Shown here piece by piece: positions 38,537 to 50,779 of a stretch of 64,000 bases of DNA. Below the pieces are notes generated by a model, which was given only the letters and a program-made list of their open reading frames with translations, made no database searches and had not been told where the DNA came from. Position 1 is the first letter of the stretch. Each line of letters begins with the position of its first letter. The translations under genes were made by a program, and so were the position numbers. This stretch comes from Lama glama (lineage: Eukaryota): assembly GCA_028534125.1 (NCBI GenBank), contig CM052825.1, positions 11,532,001-11,596,000 of the forward strand, read 5' to 3'.

Positions 38537-39399
38537 AATAGTAAAATTCCATTTTTGAGTGAATCTACAGCCAGGAGCTTAAGTATAGATCTTTAAAATG
38601 CACCAAGCAGAATTCCAAGGATTACAAGAAATGTTTTATTTATAATGTTTGCATGAAGTGAGACACTGTGCCCATCTGTTTCTTCCAATATATTTTCAAA
38701 ACCAGATTTATGGACTATAACTAGAAAAGCAAAAAGGGATAGTGTTCTGACTCCTTCCCAGGGTAATTCAGTCTATTATCATATTTTTCGTTTGCTATAA
38801 ACTTGCCAGGATGATTGACCACAGTACCCTTTGTTTGCCAGTTTCATAGTAGTTTGTTTTTTTGTCTTTTTTAATGATAAATTCTTCAAAAATGCAAACA
38901 GTAATATCTACATTTGATTTATCACCCCCTCCTCTGCAATTTCTACTTGATGCAGTGCGAGAGAAATAATCATTGAATGAAGGACCAGAACGCTATTACA
39001 CTGCATCTCCTTCTTACGACAAGGACTTGAAGGAGAAAAATGTTCCCCACAGAAAGTGAAATTTCACCCTCCATGGTCCCTGCTTGCCTCTTGTCAATAC
39101 CCTCACTCTCCCTCTAACTTACTCTTTTGCTGCCATTTAGTTCCACTCTCTTGTCTATTTATGGTCCCGATGACTCTGAAACTAGTTAAGAAAGCACCTC
39201 ATTCCTTTAGCAATCACGACATCTAGGCTTCGATCACAGACAGGTCTGCTCTGAGCCAACTAGATGAACAGCAGCTGCAAGCACTTGCAAGGCAATATTT
39301 AAAAGGATTTTTTAAAGTTCATGGCCATTTTTAAATAACTCAATCAGTCTCAGGAACGTCAGGCTGAAGGTCCAGTGGCATCGTCCCTGCCATTCCCCC

Positions 39400-39790
39400 A
39401 GAGTGTATACTGTATGATTCCATTAATACAAAACTCTAGCAAATGAAAACTCATCTGTGGTGACAGAATGCAGGTCAGTTAGGGACAGGGAGGAAGGAGT
39501 ATGGAGGAAGGGATGGATTGCAAGAGGTGTGAGGATGTTTTAGGGTGTAAAACTAATCTGTGGTGACAGAATGCAGGTCAGTTAGGGACAGGGAGGAAAG
39601 AGTATGGGGGAAGGGATGGACTGCAAGGGGTGTGAGGACATTTTGGGGTGTGATAGAAGTCTTTGATGTCTTGATCATGGTGGTAGTTTCATATGTGTAT
39701 ACTTTGTCCAAACTCATCCAATTGCACACTTTAAATAGGTGCAGTTTATTCTATGTAAACTATATCGCAATGCTTTAAAAAAAAACAAGA
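39400..39790 (+). mobile_element. L1ME/MD-type 3' UTR containing a 103-bp tandem duplication
   Basis: tactgtatgattccatt; aaactcatccaattgcacactttaaataggtgcagtttatt. Confidence 0.8.
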
Positions 39791-42614
39791 ATAAACCAGA
39801 GCAAATTCAGAAAAGGGTGAAGGGACAAGAAAGCATCCCATCTAAGAAACAAGCGAAGACTCCTGGGGAACATAAGCACTGCCATCAGGTGTCCGGTGGG
39901 CCATTGAATTTACGAGTCCAAGGACCAAGGTAACCTGATGGAATCTGAAGACAACAAACTTCATCTGCAAGTAAGGAACAACTTCCTAATTAAGAAGAGT
40001 CATCTAAAAATAAAACCAGCCACCATGTTGGAGAGGGAGTTTCTTGGTATTGGAGATATTCGTGGAGAAGCAGGGCCAAGTAAGACTTTGTAGAAACATT
40101 TTTGGAGAGGTAGAGGTGACCTTTAAAGCCTCTTCCAACCTGAAGGTTCTAGAATTCTGTAAGACTAGACATACCCTGTTGTTTGCTGTTAGCATAGGAA
40201 AGCCCGAAGTTACGCCATCTTGCTAGATGATTTTCCCCAAAGACAATTAAAATGTCAGGATGGAATTGAGGAGGAATTTTCTGCCTTCTCTATTTGCTGT
40301 CTGACCTCCAGGAACACTTTCACTGAAGATAGATGACTTCTGTTTTTGCTCCTTTCCAAAAGCTCATATTATCATAAATAACTTGTCTGAAGTTAGCACA
40401 AACAGTGGTAGCTGAGTGGAAACACCTAGTGTAATTTGGGGTAGCTGATTCTCAATGTCATTCTCATGTGACATCTAACTCACATCTTGGTCTCCCGTCG
40501 ACAACGTGGGTGTCAGCCTTAAGCATTATGACAAACTACAGAAAGTGCAAGCACTCATTCATTCAGTCATTCATTCATTCATTCAATGAACACATGAGCA
40601 CTCTACTGGACCAGGATGCTCTCCTCCCTGCTTTGACTATGAGCTCTTCTCAGGGTTATTTCAAGTGATTAACCTGATTTGGGGAGGAGGAAACTCATAG
40701 GAGAAGACACGTTTAAGGAAGGTATATAGAAATCAGACCTCCTGGGCTGCCAGGTGACTTTCACGCAAGCCTGGCCAGAGGGTCAGTGATAGACTGATAA
40801 ACAGCTCAGGACTTCTGCTGTTCATTTCTGATTATGGCCAAGAGGTTTGGGGTTCACAAACTTTATAATAAAGTGGGACATCTTCTGGAGATCTGACTCT
40901 ACTGTACAATGAAGAGTCACTCCCCAGGCAAGGCAGCCAAGCGCTGGCTCCTTCTTGCCCCTCCTCTAGCTCTCCCCTTTCCAGACAAGTCAGTGTTCAT
41001 GAACACCTTCACCAGGTGTCTGCAAGGGTGAAAAAGGGAACTCACATGGATCCCATCCCTTGTTTGCCAGCTAACTGCTCACGCTCGGGCGAGGGAAGGC
41101 AGCAGCTCATTTGGTCAACAGCCTGATCGGAGGATTTTTAATTTCATTGATCTCCCTGGCCCCAGTTTGAAAGGATAATGGGGAGGTGGGTTTGCATTTA
41201 GTTCTTCCAAATAACGTCCTGAAAGTGCAATGGAAAAATCCGTGAGCTATTCAGATGGAGAATAAGGTCCAATGCCTACTGGGTGAAGGAAGGGGAATCC
41301 ATGAAGAATAAAAGAAGGATCAGAAACAAAGGTGGAATCAGGCACGGGAGGAAAGACCCCTTTCCAGAACAATCCAGGCCCTGGTCAGCACTGAGAATTA
41401 TTTCAGCTCTACATTAAAGGGAAATTCTAATAAAGAAAAGGCAATGGGAAATGTGAGCACCGAAAAAGGCTGCACTTAATCTTGGTGCAAGAGACCAAAC
41501 TGGGTAACATCCAACACGTAATCACTGTGATGACTAATTTGAAAATGGGCTCTTTATTTTTCTAGAGTTAGGTAGATGACAAATCTACCTAAAGCATCTT
41601 TTTAATACTAATAAACTTACATATGAATAAACATTGAAAATGGGCTCTTTGACATATTCTCATTTTTTTTCACATGCTGAGTATTTTTTAAGCACACCAT
41701 AGACGTCTATCTCAATTAGAGACTGCAAAATCCATTTTGTCAGATTTAGCGTTCATTTAAAAAAATGGTAAACTCTGAAATGCTTTTATCCTGTATTTTA
41801 CGTAAAACTCGTTTGATAAAATCTGAAGTCTGAGCTTTTCCTGCTTGTTGGTTTTTTTTGGTTTTTTTTTTTGTTTTTGTTTTTGTCTTTAGGCATCAGG
41901 CTTGCTTTAAAGACTGACTCTGAAACAAGATCCGGTCTCCTCTGAAACAAGCAAGATGTTATATGAAAAGGGGTACATTTTTTAGACTAAAATTAACAAA
42001 GTCAAATTTAGACATTTTCTCAAGGGCAAGTTAAGTTCTTAGTCAGACTCAGGCTTCAGTTGGACTATGAGGCTGAAAAGTTGATCGGAATTAGAGATTC
42101 TTTAAAATAAATTTCTCATTACGACTTTCAAGGGCATTCAATAACGAAAGGAAGTAGATAAGAAAAGTACTCTATTTACAGATCTAACCAGGACAGCTCT
42201 GAAGACTAACTACATTTCATGGGTAATTAATATCATTTGCATGAAGACTAATATGCCTGAAATTAAAAGCACTTTTTCAAAGGACACAGAATTTTCTTGA
42301 ATATTCCTTCTCTGTCTTAGAATAATGCCTGGCCCATGTGAACACATTTGCCCCAGAAAACCAAACAGGTTAAGGGAAGTGTTATTAAACACTCTAAGGC
42401 AGACCCTAGGTTCCATCCATCGAAAGTGGCAAGTTTTATTTAATGAAGAGTCATCCTACACTTGTGGATAGTTTAACTCACCACTGTGGCAAATGCAATG
42501 GTGAGTTAAATTACCATGGAAGTTAACACTGACGTGGAAAACCAGTATCATTTACATATAGGTGCATGTACATACGTGTGTACATACACGTGGATAATTG
42601 TATGTGTTATATAC

Positions 42615-43420
42615 ACTTTTCAAACATGCTCAGAATGACAGACATAATAAAATGAATCCCCACATGACCATTGTCCAGATTCAACTTTAAGACTTTGCCA
42701 TAGATGCTTTATCTGTTTTCCCCCCTTTATTGCTGAAACATTTTAAATCCCATCTCAGACAAAATGTCACTTTACCCCGACATACTTCAGTGCACATCTA
42801 TTTAAAAAACAAACTTTTTCTTACATAACCATATACTGTTCTCACACTAACAAAATAAACAACAATTCCTCAGTATCATCTAACACTTATCCATAACCCC
42901 ATCTCCCTGATTGTCTGGCAAATTCATTTCACATGATCACATCAGACTGCAAACAAAACCAAAGGTACCTGTATTACCTGTCTTCATCTAGACCCGACCA
43001 CCCTCTGCCCAGCCACTGACTTGTTACAGAAACAAGGTCCCCTGTGCATGTATTTTTATATACATATATAAACATATACAGGTAAAACCACTGAAATGTA
43101 TGTCTCTATATATCAATATATCATATATATATCACCATTATATATGTGTGTGTATATATATATATACACACACACACATATGTATATATATGTAATCGGT
43201 ACTTATATTTTTTCCCAATGCATTTTTACCAACTGCATTCAATATTCCTTTTGTTTCGTGTTTGTTTTAATTGAAGTACAGTTGATTTACAATATCGTGT
43301 TAGTTTCCCGTGACTCAGTGATTCAATTACATATATATTCTTTTTCATATTCTCATTATTCCTTTTGATGCTTACTCATATTATCCCATTTAGGGCAGCA
43401 GAACCCCTTTTTGTGGCTCC
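42615..43420 (-). mobile_element. L1MC5-like fragment with (TA)/(CA) tract and a nested short L1_Art 3' end (43254-43356)
   Basis: atacttcagtgcacatct; cttacataaccata; nested ttttaattgaagtacagttgatttacaatatcgtgttagtttc flanked by TSD tattccttttg (43243-43253 and 43357-43367). Confidence 0.78.
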
Positions 43421-43989
43421 TACTTCTCATTCGTCGTAGAACTTAACATGCCACCTAGCTCACAGTAGTAAGTTCTACCACCTTTTTCTATGATCCTGTG
43501 AAAGCTGAATTTATTTCCACATGAAAATGATCAATAAGAGCTCAACTATTCAGCTTCTTCAATACATCGATATCACGAGGACGCAGGGGGTCCCTACTCA
43601 TAGCAGGCACCGTGTGAGGTGGCTGGAATACAAAGACAGAGAAAGCACACGGCCTGTTCTTCAGAGCCTCGTGGACCAGAGCCGCTGTGAACACGGCACG
43701 CAGAACACCAGCACTCTAGGAGCAGGTGGGAAGTCTGTCGTAAACCATTTATTGCTTGTTGTAGATAAGAGGAGGGATGTTTGCAAATGGCTTGCTTTAA
43801 AACCAAAAAAAATGAGAACAGGTTCAATGTCAGCCCTCCAATGCTGACAGTCTCAACGCATCCCAATAGGGGGAGGACCAGGGGGTGGATACAGCTGAAG
43901 CCCTGGGCAATGCACATGGCAATGAGTCCCCGACACCTGCATCATTGATCAGGTGTGTCATGGGCTAAGGAAATGCTGGTCTGGTCAGA

Positions 43990-44700
43990 GAAACGTGTCA
44001 TCAGATAAATATAATACGATGTGATAGGTTCGCACAATGCTACAGGAATACTGATGAGCGTATTCAGTAGGATTCAAAACATCTCAGTGAGAAGGGAAAT
44101 ACGAGTTGGGCTTTGAACAACAGCTGAAAACCAGCGTTGGTGAAAGGAAGGACAAAGGAGGGCATTCTAGGCAGGGACATCAGCTCTGCAAAGGTTTAGT
44201 GATGTGACAACTGTGTGGACACAGCTCTGGGTTTTGTGCGGCCAGAAGACAGAATGCGTTTGCAAAGCAGCAGAGAAAGGCTGGGTGGGGCCGAGCGGTG
44301 AAAGCACTGAAGGCTGCAACCAACCAGAGGTCAGAATGTCATCATTAGGCTGCAGGGAACGATCAAGGTGATTCAGTGAGAGCAATAAGGCCAGATATAC
44401 ATTTTAAAAGGGTAACTCACGGGAAGCAGGGAGGGGCAGGGGGTCAATGGATAAAAAGGTAGAAAAAGAAAAGAGAACATGAGTTAAAGCTTACTATAGA
44501 CCAGGGGGGAAAGCATGAGGTCTAGAAGTATTGCTGAATTTGCCAGAGAAAGGAGGCAGGGGTGAAATTAACAAGTTTTTCAAAGGCAAAACTGCAAGGA
44601 CTTGATGACGGAGGACATGGGAGAAGTCAAGGAGATGGAGAGGACCAGGCGACTCTGAGGGCTCTGCGTGTAAACAGGAAGTAGTTGAAATGCAATTCCC
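43990..44700 (-). mobile_element. L2 fragment
   Basis: gagttgggctttgaa; ggcattctaggcaggg; cagatatacattttaaaagggtaactc; aactgcaaggacttgatgac. Confidence 0.65.
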
Positions 44701-44954
44701 TTCCCTAACTAGCCAAATCAGAGTGCACATTGATTAAGAATTCATATTGAGTGTATTTGCAGATAGGCAAGCTGCAAAAAACATCTCGGAGAAATATACT
44801 CATCAGGATTTCCATTTTGAAAATACATGCAGGGCCACTAACATTTAGAGCCTATGTTAAAAATTTAATGCTCTATTCGTAGTAAATTATGAATGTCCAC
44901 TAGGCCAGGATGACAGCCCTGGAGTCAAAGAAGAGTCCCACATTTGAGGTATAG

Positions 44955-44967
44955 GTTGCCTAGCAAC
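44955..44967. promoter_or_regulatory. RFX X-box motif
   Basis: GTTGCCTAGCAAC matches GTTRCC-N-RGYAAC. It is palindromic (GGTTGC-CTA-GCAACC) and lies in non-repeat sequence. Confidence 0.55.
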
Positions 44968-45319
44968 CAGAGTTCACTTGAGCAGAGAACAACTGATTTT
45001 TTTTTTCCCCAGTAAAGTCACAGATCTAAAGCAGGAGCAGGGGAAATGATCATTAAAAACTGACCTTATGACTTGGGTTCAGTTAAAGAAACTTGAATTT
45101 GCTCAGCCAGCAGGGGGCATCCTACCTTCTCCAAGAATCTGTCTGAAATTCTCAGTGCATGCTAGTGCCCATTTCTCATCCTTGATCAATCCCAGCACAG
45201 CGTCACCTCTTCTCACTGGTCAAACCGCGGAGACACAGCGCAGCACAGCTTCCCAAACAGACTGACATGCCCGAGGCCATACTCTCCCGTGTCAAGGATC
45301 CATGTGAAGATACAGGCCC

Positions 45320-45520
45320 TGGAGCCTGGCTTCCTATCCAGGCTCCAGCCCTGACTATCTGCATGGTCTTGGGTGATTCTTTAATGTCTCTGTGCCTCAG
45401 TTTCCTCATCTGTAAAATGGGGATGGTAACAGTACCCTCCCGCACAGTGAGCATTAAATAAGTTAAAATAGCGAAAGTGCTGGACACAGTTGGGGCACAG
45501 GGTGCACATTCAATAACCCT
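45320..45520 (+). mobile_element. MIR SINE
   Basis: ctctgtgcctcagtttcctcatctgtaaaatggggatggtaacagtacc (MIR core). Confidence 0.9.
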
Positions 45521-45995
45521 CGGACATGATGAGTGCTGCTGGTTGCCTGTGTCCTCTGCCGTTTCTGGAGACAGAAACACACAGCATTTGTTATACAAAG
45601 AATGGATGATTTTCTGGTCCTTTCCCCACTGCTTCTTACCCCTTTATTCCACTCTGTAATAAAAATATTCCAGTGTACCTCAGCGCTCCAAAGGTATCTC
45701 GGGAACTGGGTGAGAAGTCCCCAGGGCTGTCAGGGACAAAGCAGTCAGGCGGAAACACGCAGGGCATCTCCTGACAGGTGTGAGGAATTGGCATCCTGTG
45801 GACAATAGTCCTGAAGACCCTTTCTCTAGGTTAGACAGCTCACCCCCAGAGTCCAGGCACAGAGCTTCCTCTCTGGTAACATGGACCCCAACACATCAGA
45901 GGAAGGAACATTTGCTGGAGATGCTAAAGACTGCCTTCAAGACGAAAAGGACAGACCAAAAGGAGGATGAGCCTGTGACAAACGGGGAGGTGCGG

Positions 45996-46035
45996 GGAAT
46001 CAGAGATTCTTCTGGAATCAGAGATTCTTCTGGAA
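45996..46035. repeat. Perfect 18-bp tandem duplication
   Basis: (ggaatcagagattcttct)x2 + ggaa. Confidence 0.95.
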
Positions 46036-46109
46036 GCTTTCCTGGAAAGGCCCCAAGATGAGCAGAAGAGGGTACAGGACTCACCTGCTCAAGGCCAGCA
46101 GCCAGGCTG

Positions 46110-46519
46110 CAGTGGGCAGAGGAGTGGCCCTTCAAAGATGTCCACCTCCTCTGAATATGTCACCTTACATGGGGAAAGGGACTTTGCAGGTGTGACTTAT
46201 GGCTCCTAAGATGGGGGGATTCTCCTGGTTACCTGGATGGGTCCAGTGTAATCACAAGGGCCCTTACTAGAAGGAAGGCAAGAGGGTCAGAGATGGAGAT
46301 GGGACCACGGAAGCAGAGTCAGGGTGATGCAGGGCCATGAGCTGAGGAATGCGGGCAACCTCTAGAAGCTGGAAAGGCAAGGAAAATGGTTCTCCACCAG
46401 AGCTTCCAGAAGGAACTGCAGCCCTGCGGACCCAGGTTAGACGTCTGCCTTTCAGAACCAGAGGATAACAACTCTGTGTTGTAGTAAGCCACCAAGTCGG
46501 TGATGACAGGAAACAAACA
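46110..46519 (+). mobile_element. MaLR solo LTR (MLT1D-like)
   Basis: aaagatgtccac...tgaatatgtcaccttacatgg...ctagaagctggaaaggcaaggaaa...taagccaccaagt. Confidence 0.88.
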
Positions 46520-48299
46520 CAGCAGTGGGAAAGCGGAAGGAGCGAGGAGCCAAGTCCACCTGCACCCCCTCATGGTGCAAGGAGAAGACAGGAGACAGCA
46601 AGGGAGGAGCTGCAGAGCAAACAACTCATCACCGGCTAAAAAGGGACTGGGTGGGAAGGGCATTCAGAGGAAGAGGAAAGTGGATCCAATTTGAGCCTGA
46701 TGGAATTTGGCGCAAGAATGTGACTGCTTTAGCCAGTCAGGAGTTGCAGGAGAGAATCACCGCCACCGCCACCACCACCACCATCATCATCGACTATTCT
46801 GCTTTTTGTGGTGAAAACGGCGAGACTCTAAAATGGACGGAGAGGATTCCTGGGTGTCTTGTCTAACACCCTTTTCCAGGTTCTCTCAGCTTTTCATCAA
46901 CTTTGAGCTATTATATAATCTCTACCTTTTAGAAAACTGGTAATAACACAAGTGACAAGTGCTTCTTGCCCACAGAGATGCAGATGAGGAGCACTGAGTG
47001 GAAGGCGGTGGTTGCCCCATGGACAGACCCATCTGGCATCCACCTGTGAAATCCCCTTCCGCATTCCTTGCTGGCTTGTACACGTGTGGTCCTTGGCCTG
47101 TCCCTTGGAACAAGCTGCATCACCTTACTGGCTTCCTCAATTGATGACTTGAGTAGAATCTTTGACGTTCATTTGACATCTGTATGAGAGACGTGGTTTC
47201 ACATTTTCAAAAATGTGCCTTGTAATATTTTATTCGGATAGCACTGTAACGTAGTTAATAAAGCCCAAAGATTCGTATGTCTGTCTCCATTCTGCCTTCC
47301 CAGGAGCCGACTTCGTGGTACCAGACAGTCCTGCAACAGGGCCAGGTGCCGCAGGGTCGAAACCATGGTACCTCGGCAAGGGGTGAGGTTGGCACTGGGC
47401 TCCCCCCAGGCAGGAGACTTGATACAGCAGGATAACTGCTGCCTCTGGGACTCTAACTGATGACAGGCTTGATACAGGAACTGGGTGGGTGGGCAGTGAG
47501 GGCCCCCAGCAGGAGGCATCACTCCACAAGTCCCTTCTTCCTCACCCCCCACCACACACGGACGATGTTCCCCGGTCCTGGTCCAGGAGAGGCAACTAAG
47601 CATCACTCCCACCAGGATTCTCCCTGCCTTCGGGACTGTGGGTCTGGCAGTGAGAAAATTGAACAGACCAAGAAAGGAATGGTCTTTAGTTTCTGTTATA
47701 TATGATGAGGGCAAAGAGAAAAAAAAAAATTAAACCCTCCCACTAAAATATTCAGGCTACAATATAAATTAGCTTCAGAAATGGTGTGAACATAGTCCTG
47801 GATGAGAATACTCATGGGTTATCATTACAGGAAATTAGCCAGTTTATTTGCATCCCAACCTTTGAAGTTGATGTCAAGGAGCCAAGTAGTTCTATTATTT
47901 CTTCTGTGTCTGACTTTCCAAAATAATATTCATAACATTATGGGGGAAATGGACATTTTTGCTTTACCGTTGGCTTTATGGAAAATGATTCTGTTCCTCT
48001 ATCAGCTAAAATTTGGTTCTTGGTTTCAAAGAGGATTTTATTATAACAGAATGATAAAGCTTTAGTTGCCAATAAATATTGCACTTCATTAAATCATTTC
48101 AATAGGTATTGAGAATATTTTTCTTCTCTTTCTTAAACTGTTAATAAGATGTGCTATGTTAATGAATTCTTACATACAGTGTTACTCTTGTTTGCCTAAC
48201 ATAAGCCTCCCTCCCTATCTTGGAATGCCGTAATTTGAATGCATATGGCCAAGTTCTGTCCACTAGTAAATTCTTTTGGACTCTTGTGCCCATATCAAC

Positions 48300-48580
48300 A
48301 TTTGCTAAACTGCTCAGCAGGACGTTATTAAATGTGCCATGATATTTTAAAAGGGCCTATTCTCTGGCTTGAGAGGTGGTAGGTTAAAACACCATTAGCG
48401 GGTCTCTGCTGCGTGAATATTCAGGCTCTAACCTGTTAGCATGCACTGTGAATCTCAAAGAGACGGGGAGACTGGGCTGCATTTCCAAAACTTATTTGAC
48501 TACAGACGTTTTCCCCCCCAGCACAAATGCTTACATTTCCCGGAACAGTGCTCTGCAGAACACCCGTTTTCAAATTGCCA
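48300..48580. mobile_element. hAT-Charlie MITE (MER103-like) within old antisense L1 relics
   Basis: catttccaaaacttatttgactacaga; gtgctctgcagaacacccgttt. Confidence 0.45.
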
Positions 48581-49414
48581 GTTAATTAAAGAGCAGGACT
48601 TGTTTATTTTATTTGTTTCTGAAATAGCTTTACTGAGGTTTGGATTCAGGATCCTGTTTGCCTAATGGAATAAATTTAGTAAATAAATCCATGTTTCAGA
48701 AGGGCTTTTCAAATTTAGGAATCACTGATACCTTGAAAATTTCAAAGAATCCACTGTGATTCCGTCAGCTGTGTCTCACGGGAAAGGGCAGGATTTTGAT
48801 AAATTTTATCAACATTAGTCCTTTCTTACCCTGCTCTAGTCCAGTATCCTGCTTTATCAGTTTACTTTTTTTAAGTTAAAAAAATGCTCCTTTGTTTAAA
48901 GATGAAAACCTGATTAGCATTCAGTTGTATGTTCTCATGTTCGAATATGCTTCCTCGCTATTGTCTTACACACATGCTCATCTCTAATTTTGTTCAATCT
49001 TTTGTATTTGTTCATTGAACAAAGAGCTTGAAGTCACTCTTTCAGAGCAGGAACCAGGCATGAAAAATGGCTACGTTATTGTTTTGGGGGAAACTCAGTC
49101 TAGTGTGAGAGACACATAAACAAACAATTACGATTCCTTGTAATAAGAGAGGCAATTAAGGCAGGCAAACAAGATGTGAAGACACTATTAACATGACTAA
49201 CAGCCTGGAGGGGCTGGTGCCTGTCTTCAAAGATTTCATGTCCTAAAAGATCAGCAGAGAACCACACAGCAATTTAGGAAGAGGCTACAGATGACGCAAG
49301 AGGGGAGAGAAAAATGGCACGTGAATCAAGAAAAGAACGGAGTCTGGAGGACGTGGGTTGGAGGAGGGCAGGAGCTGGGGCTGGGATAGTGAGTTTGAGC
49401 CACAAGTTTCAGCC

Positions 49415-49854
49415 TGTATTAGTTTCCGACTGCTGCTGTAACAGATCACCACAAACTTGATGGCCTAAAACAACACAAGTGTATCGTCTTACAGTTCTGG
49501 AGGTCAGAAGTCTGAAATGGGTTTCACGGCGCTGAAATCAAGGTGTCAGCAGGGCTGTGTCCCCTCCACAGGTTCTAAGGGGGAAGGTGCCCCTGCCTTT
49601 TCCAGCTTCCAGTGTCCTCCTGCACTCCTTGGCTTGAGGCCCCTTCCTCCATCTTTGAAGCCAGCAGTGCTGCATCTTCTTTCCTCTCTAACCCTCTGCT
49701 TCCTTCACCCCATTTTCTTCTCTCACTCTGACCCCCTGGCCTCCCTCTTACAAGGAGCCCCGTGACTGTGCCGTGAGGTAACACATCCGCAGGGTCTGGG
49801 GAGTAGGATGTGGACAGCTTTGGAGGAGGAGGGTGGAGGAGGATCTCAACCACA
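49415..49854 (-). mobile_element. MaLR solo LTR (MLT1D-like) inserted into an L2
   Basis: tgtattagtttccgactgctgctgtaacag...cttacagttctggaggtcagaagtctgaaatggg; L2 motif ttttaagcaggaaagtgacatgatcag resumes after it. Confidence 0.88.
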
Positions 49855-50199
49855 AGGACCTCCAATGCCCTGCCTGGAGTCTGGGTTTCACATCACAGGC
49901 AATGAGGGGCCACAGGAGATTTTTAAGCAGGAAAGTGACATGATCAGGTCACGATAAAGAACTCTGGCAGCCTGGAGCAGATGCAGACTGCGGAGGTACA
50001 AAGACCCGCCAAGATATAATACGAAGGCAAAGCAGTAAGAGTGGGGATGGTAAGTGGTACCTAATCACTGAAACAGGCAGAACTGACGGGACTTGATAAC
50101 TGACTGGATGAGGAGGGTGATGCCATCAACGAAGATCAGAACTCTCCTGAGTGGAGCATGTTTGGGTAAAGGGGTTCTCCTAACTGGTCCCTTCCCTTC

Positions 50200-50745
50200 T
50201 GTTCCTCCCTACTATTCTCCCTCATTCTTCTGTTGTCCCAAGTGGTTTGCATTAAAATCAATTCTTCAGTCTAACATACGAGAGGCACTTCATGGTCTGG
50301 CCTCTACCCATGTCTCCAGCTTTATGTCTCACCACTTGTCCCATTCCAACCCTCAACATCAGCCAAGTCAAATCGCTTCACGGTTCCTGTTACCTAATCA
50401 CGGGTAGGTGTCTTCGTGCATCTGTTCATCCTGCCACCACTGCCTGGAAGGTGGGTCCCACTGTGACTGCACACATACTCATCCTTTGAGCCTCTGCACT
50501 GCTCTGTGGCCCTCCCGGGTAAAACAACCATCACCCACCTCTCATCAGTGAACTAGGTATGAGCTTCCCTTCTTTAAGCAAAGGCGCATGCTTAGATCCA
50601 TAAGTCTCCCACTGCTGGAAAGTAAGCATTCTGAGATCAAGAAGAGCATCTGATTCATCACCCTATTCTTGGTTGCTAACAAAGCACCTGACATCTTGTA
50701 GCCTCTCAATAAATGTTCAGTGAATCACTCAATGAAGAAAGATGA
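50200..50745 (+). mobile_element. L2 3' fragment
   Basis: catggtctggcctctaccc; ctcaataaatgttcagtgaat tail. Confidence 0.6.
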
Positions 50746-50779
50746 ATAATAAAACAAAGTCATTGTAACTTGCAAGATG

